Shown: positions 63,293-64,000 of the stretch, piece after piece
Position numbering within the stretch: position 1 is the stretch's first letter
Layout: each line of letters starts with the position of its first letter
NCBI RefSeq assembly: GCF_963676685.1
Contig: NC_092347.1
Location: 82,460,001 to 82,524,000, forward strand
Source of the DNA: Mytilus edulis
Lineage: Eukaryota
Length of the DNA: 64,000 nt
Direction of reading: 5' to 3'
Made by a program: the position numbers and the translations under genes
Notes under the pieces: model-generated
The model's input: the letters and a program-made list of their open reading frames with translations, nothing else
Told to the model about the DNA's origin: nothing
Database searches by the model: none

Positions 63293-64000
63293 TAACAAAT
63301 ATGATTATTTTTTAAACTTTAACAAAATTACGGCACTAACTGCAAAAGACCGAAAAACGGACAACAATTTTCGGTCAATTTCCTGAATGAAAAACAGGAT
63401 TTTTTTCTTAGTAATTTTTTGACTGATTGGCCTAAATTTATGTTTTTTACACCTTTGAAATGTCTGCTGTTCATCTATAATGAAATTTATTTGATAAATA
63501 TTATAAAAAGCTGCATTTATTTGGTTTTAAATAGATGTGTAAAAACGGCGAATATGTGCCCCCCATTGACAAAACTTCAGGAAATTTCAAGCACCCTTTA
63601 ATCTAACTTTACAGATGATTATTTTCAAACAAACATGTTTTCAAGCTTAGGAATGTTTTGCATTTGAAGTTATCTTCATATAGAAATATCAGTATACTTC
63701 AAAAACATAACTATTCTTCTTCTTTTTTGGAATTTTATTCTCATACACACTTGTCCCGGTCTACACTTATTTAGTTTTTATACATTGACTTATGATATTT
63801 GGCATACAGTGTATAGCCATGACTCAAATATCATAACAGTCTAATTTTGTTTATTTTCTTTGGTTACATCTTCTGACATCAGACTCGGACTTCTCTTGAA
63901 TTGAATTTTAAATGTACGTATTGTTATGCGTTTACTTTTCTACATTGGCTAGAGGTATAGGGGAAGGGTTGATATCTCATAAACATGTTTAACCCCGCCG

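Overview
AT-rich eukaryotic genomic DNA, most likely a marine bivalve (repeat content resembles Mytilus; inference). Host genes: the 5' exons of two divergently transcribed nicotinic-acetylcholine-receptor-like (Cys-loop) subunit genes, one on the minus strand (17577-371) and one on the plus strand (from 55439), with a transposon-filled ~38 kb interval between their start codons. The centre is a three-level nest: (1) a PAT/DIRS-like tyrosine-recombinase retrotransposon (29112-43257) with identical split direct repeats; (2) a 9363-bp Merlin (ISXO2/IS1595-type) DNA transposon inserted in its gag gene (29693-39055; GG termini, 8-bp TSD AGGGAGGT); (3) a 2190-bp piggyBac-like TTAA insertion inside exon 1 of the Merlin transposase. 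The best novelty candidate is that this Merlin carries a second, intact, 4-exon gene for a 522-aa DUF3987/YfjI-like P-loop (AAA+-type) ATPase with a probable C-terminal winged helix. It lies head-to-head with the transposase across 181 bp, and inverted 8-mer arrays sit inside both element ends, suggesting a two-component transposase + ATPase/helicase eukaryotic transposon. Also present: a 5'-truncated CR1-group LINE, Penelope-like remnants, hammerhead-ribozyme retrozyme copies, Kolobok-, Ginger-, P- and Merlin-like non-autonomous elements, Helitron/Helentron-type elements and SINEs. Family assignments come from motif recognition by eye; no searches were run.
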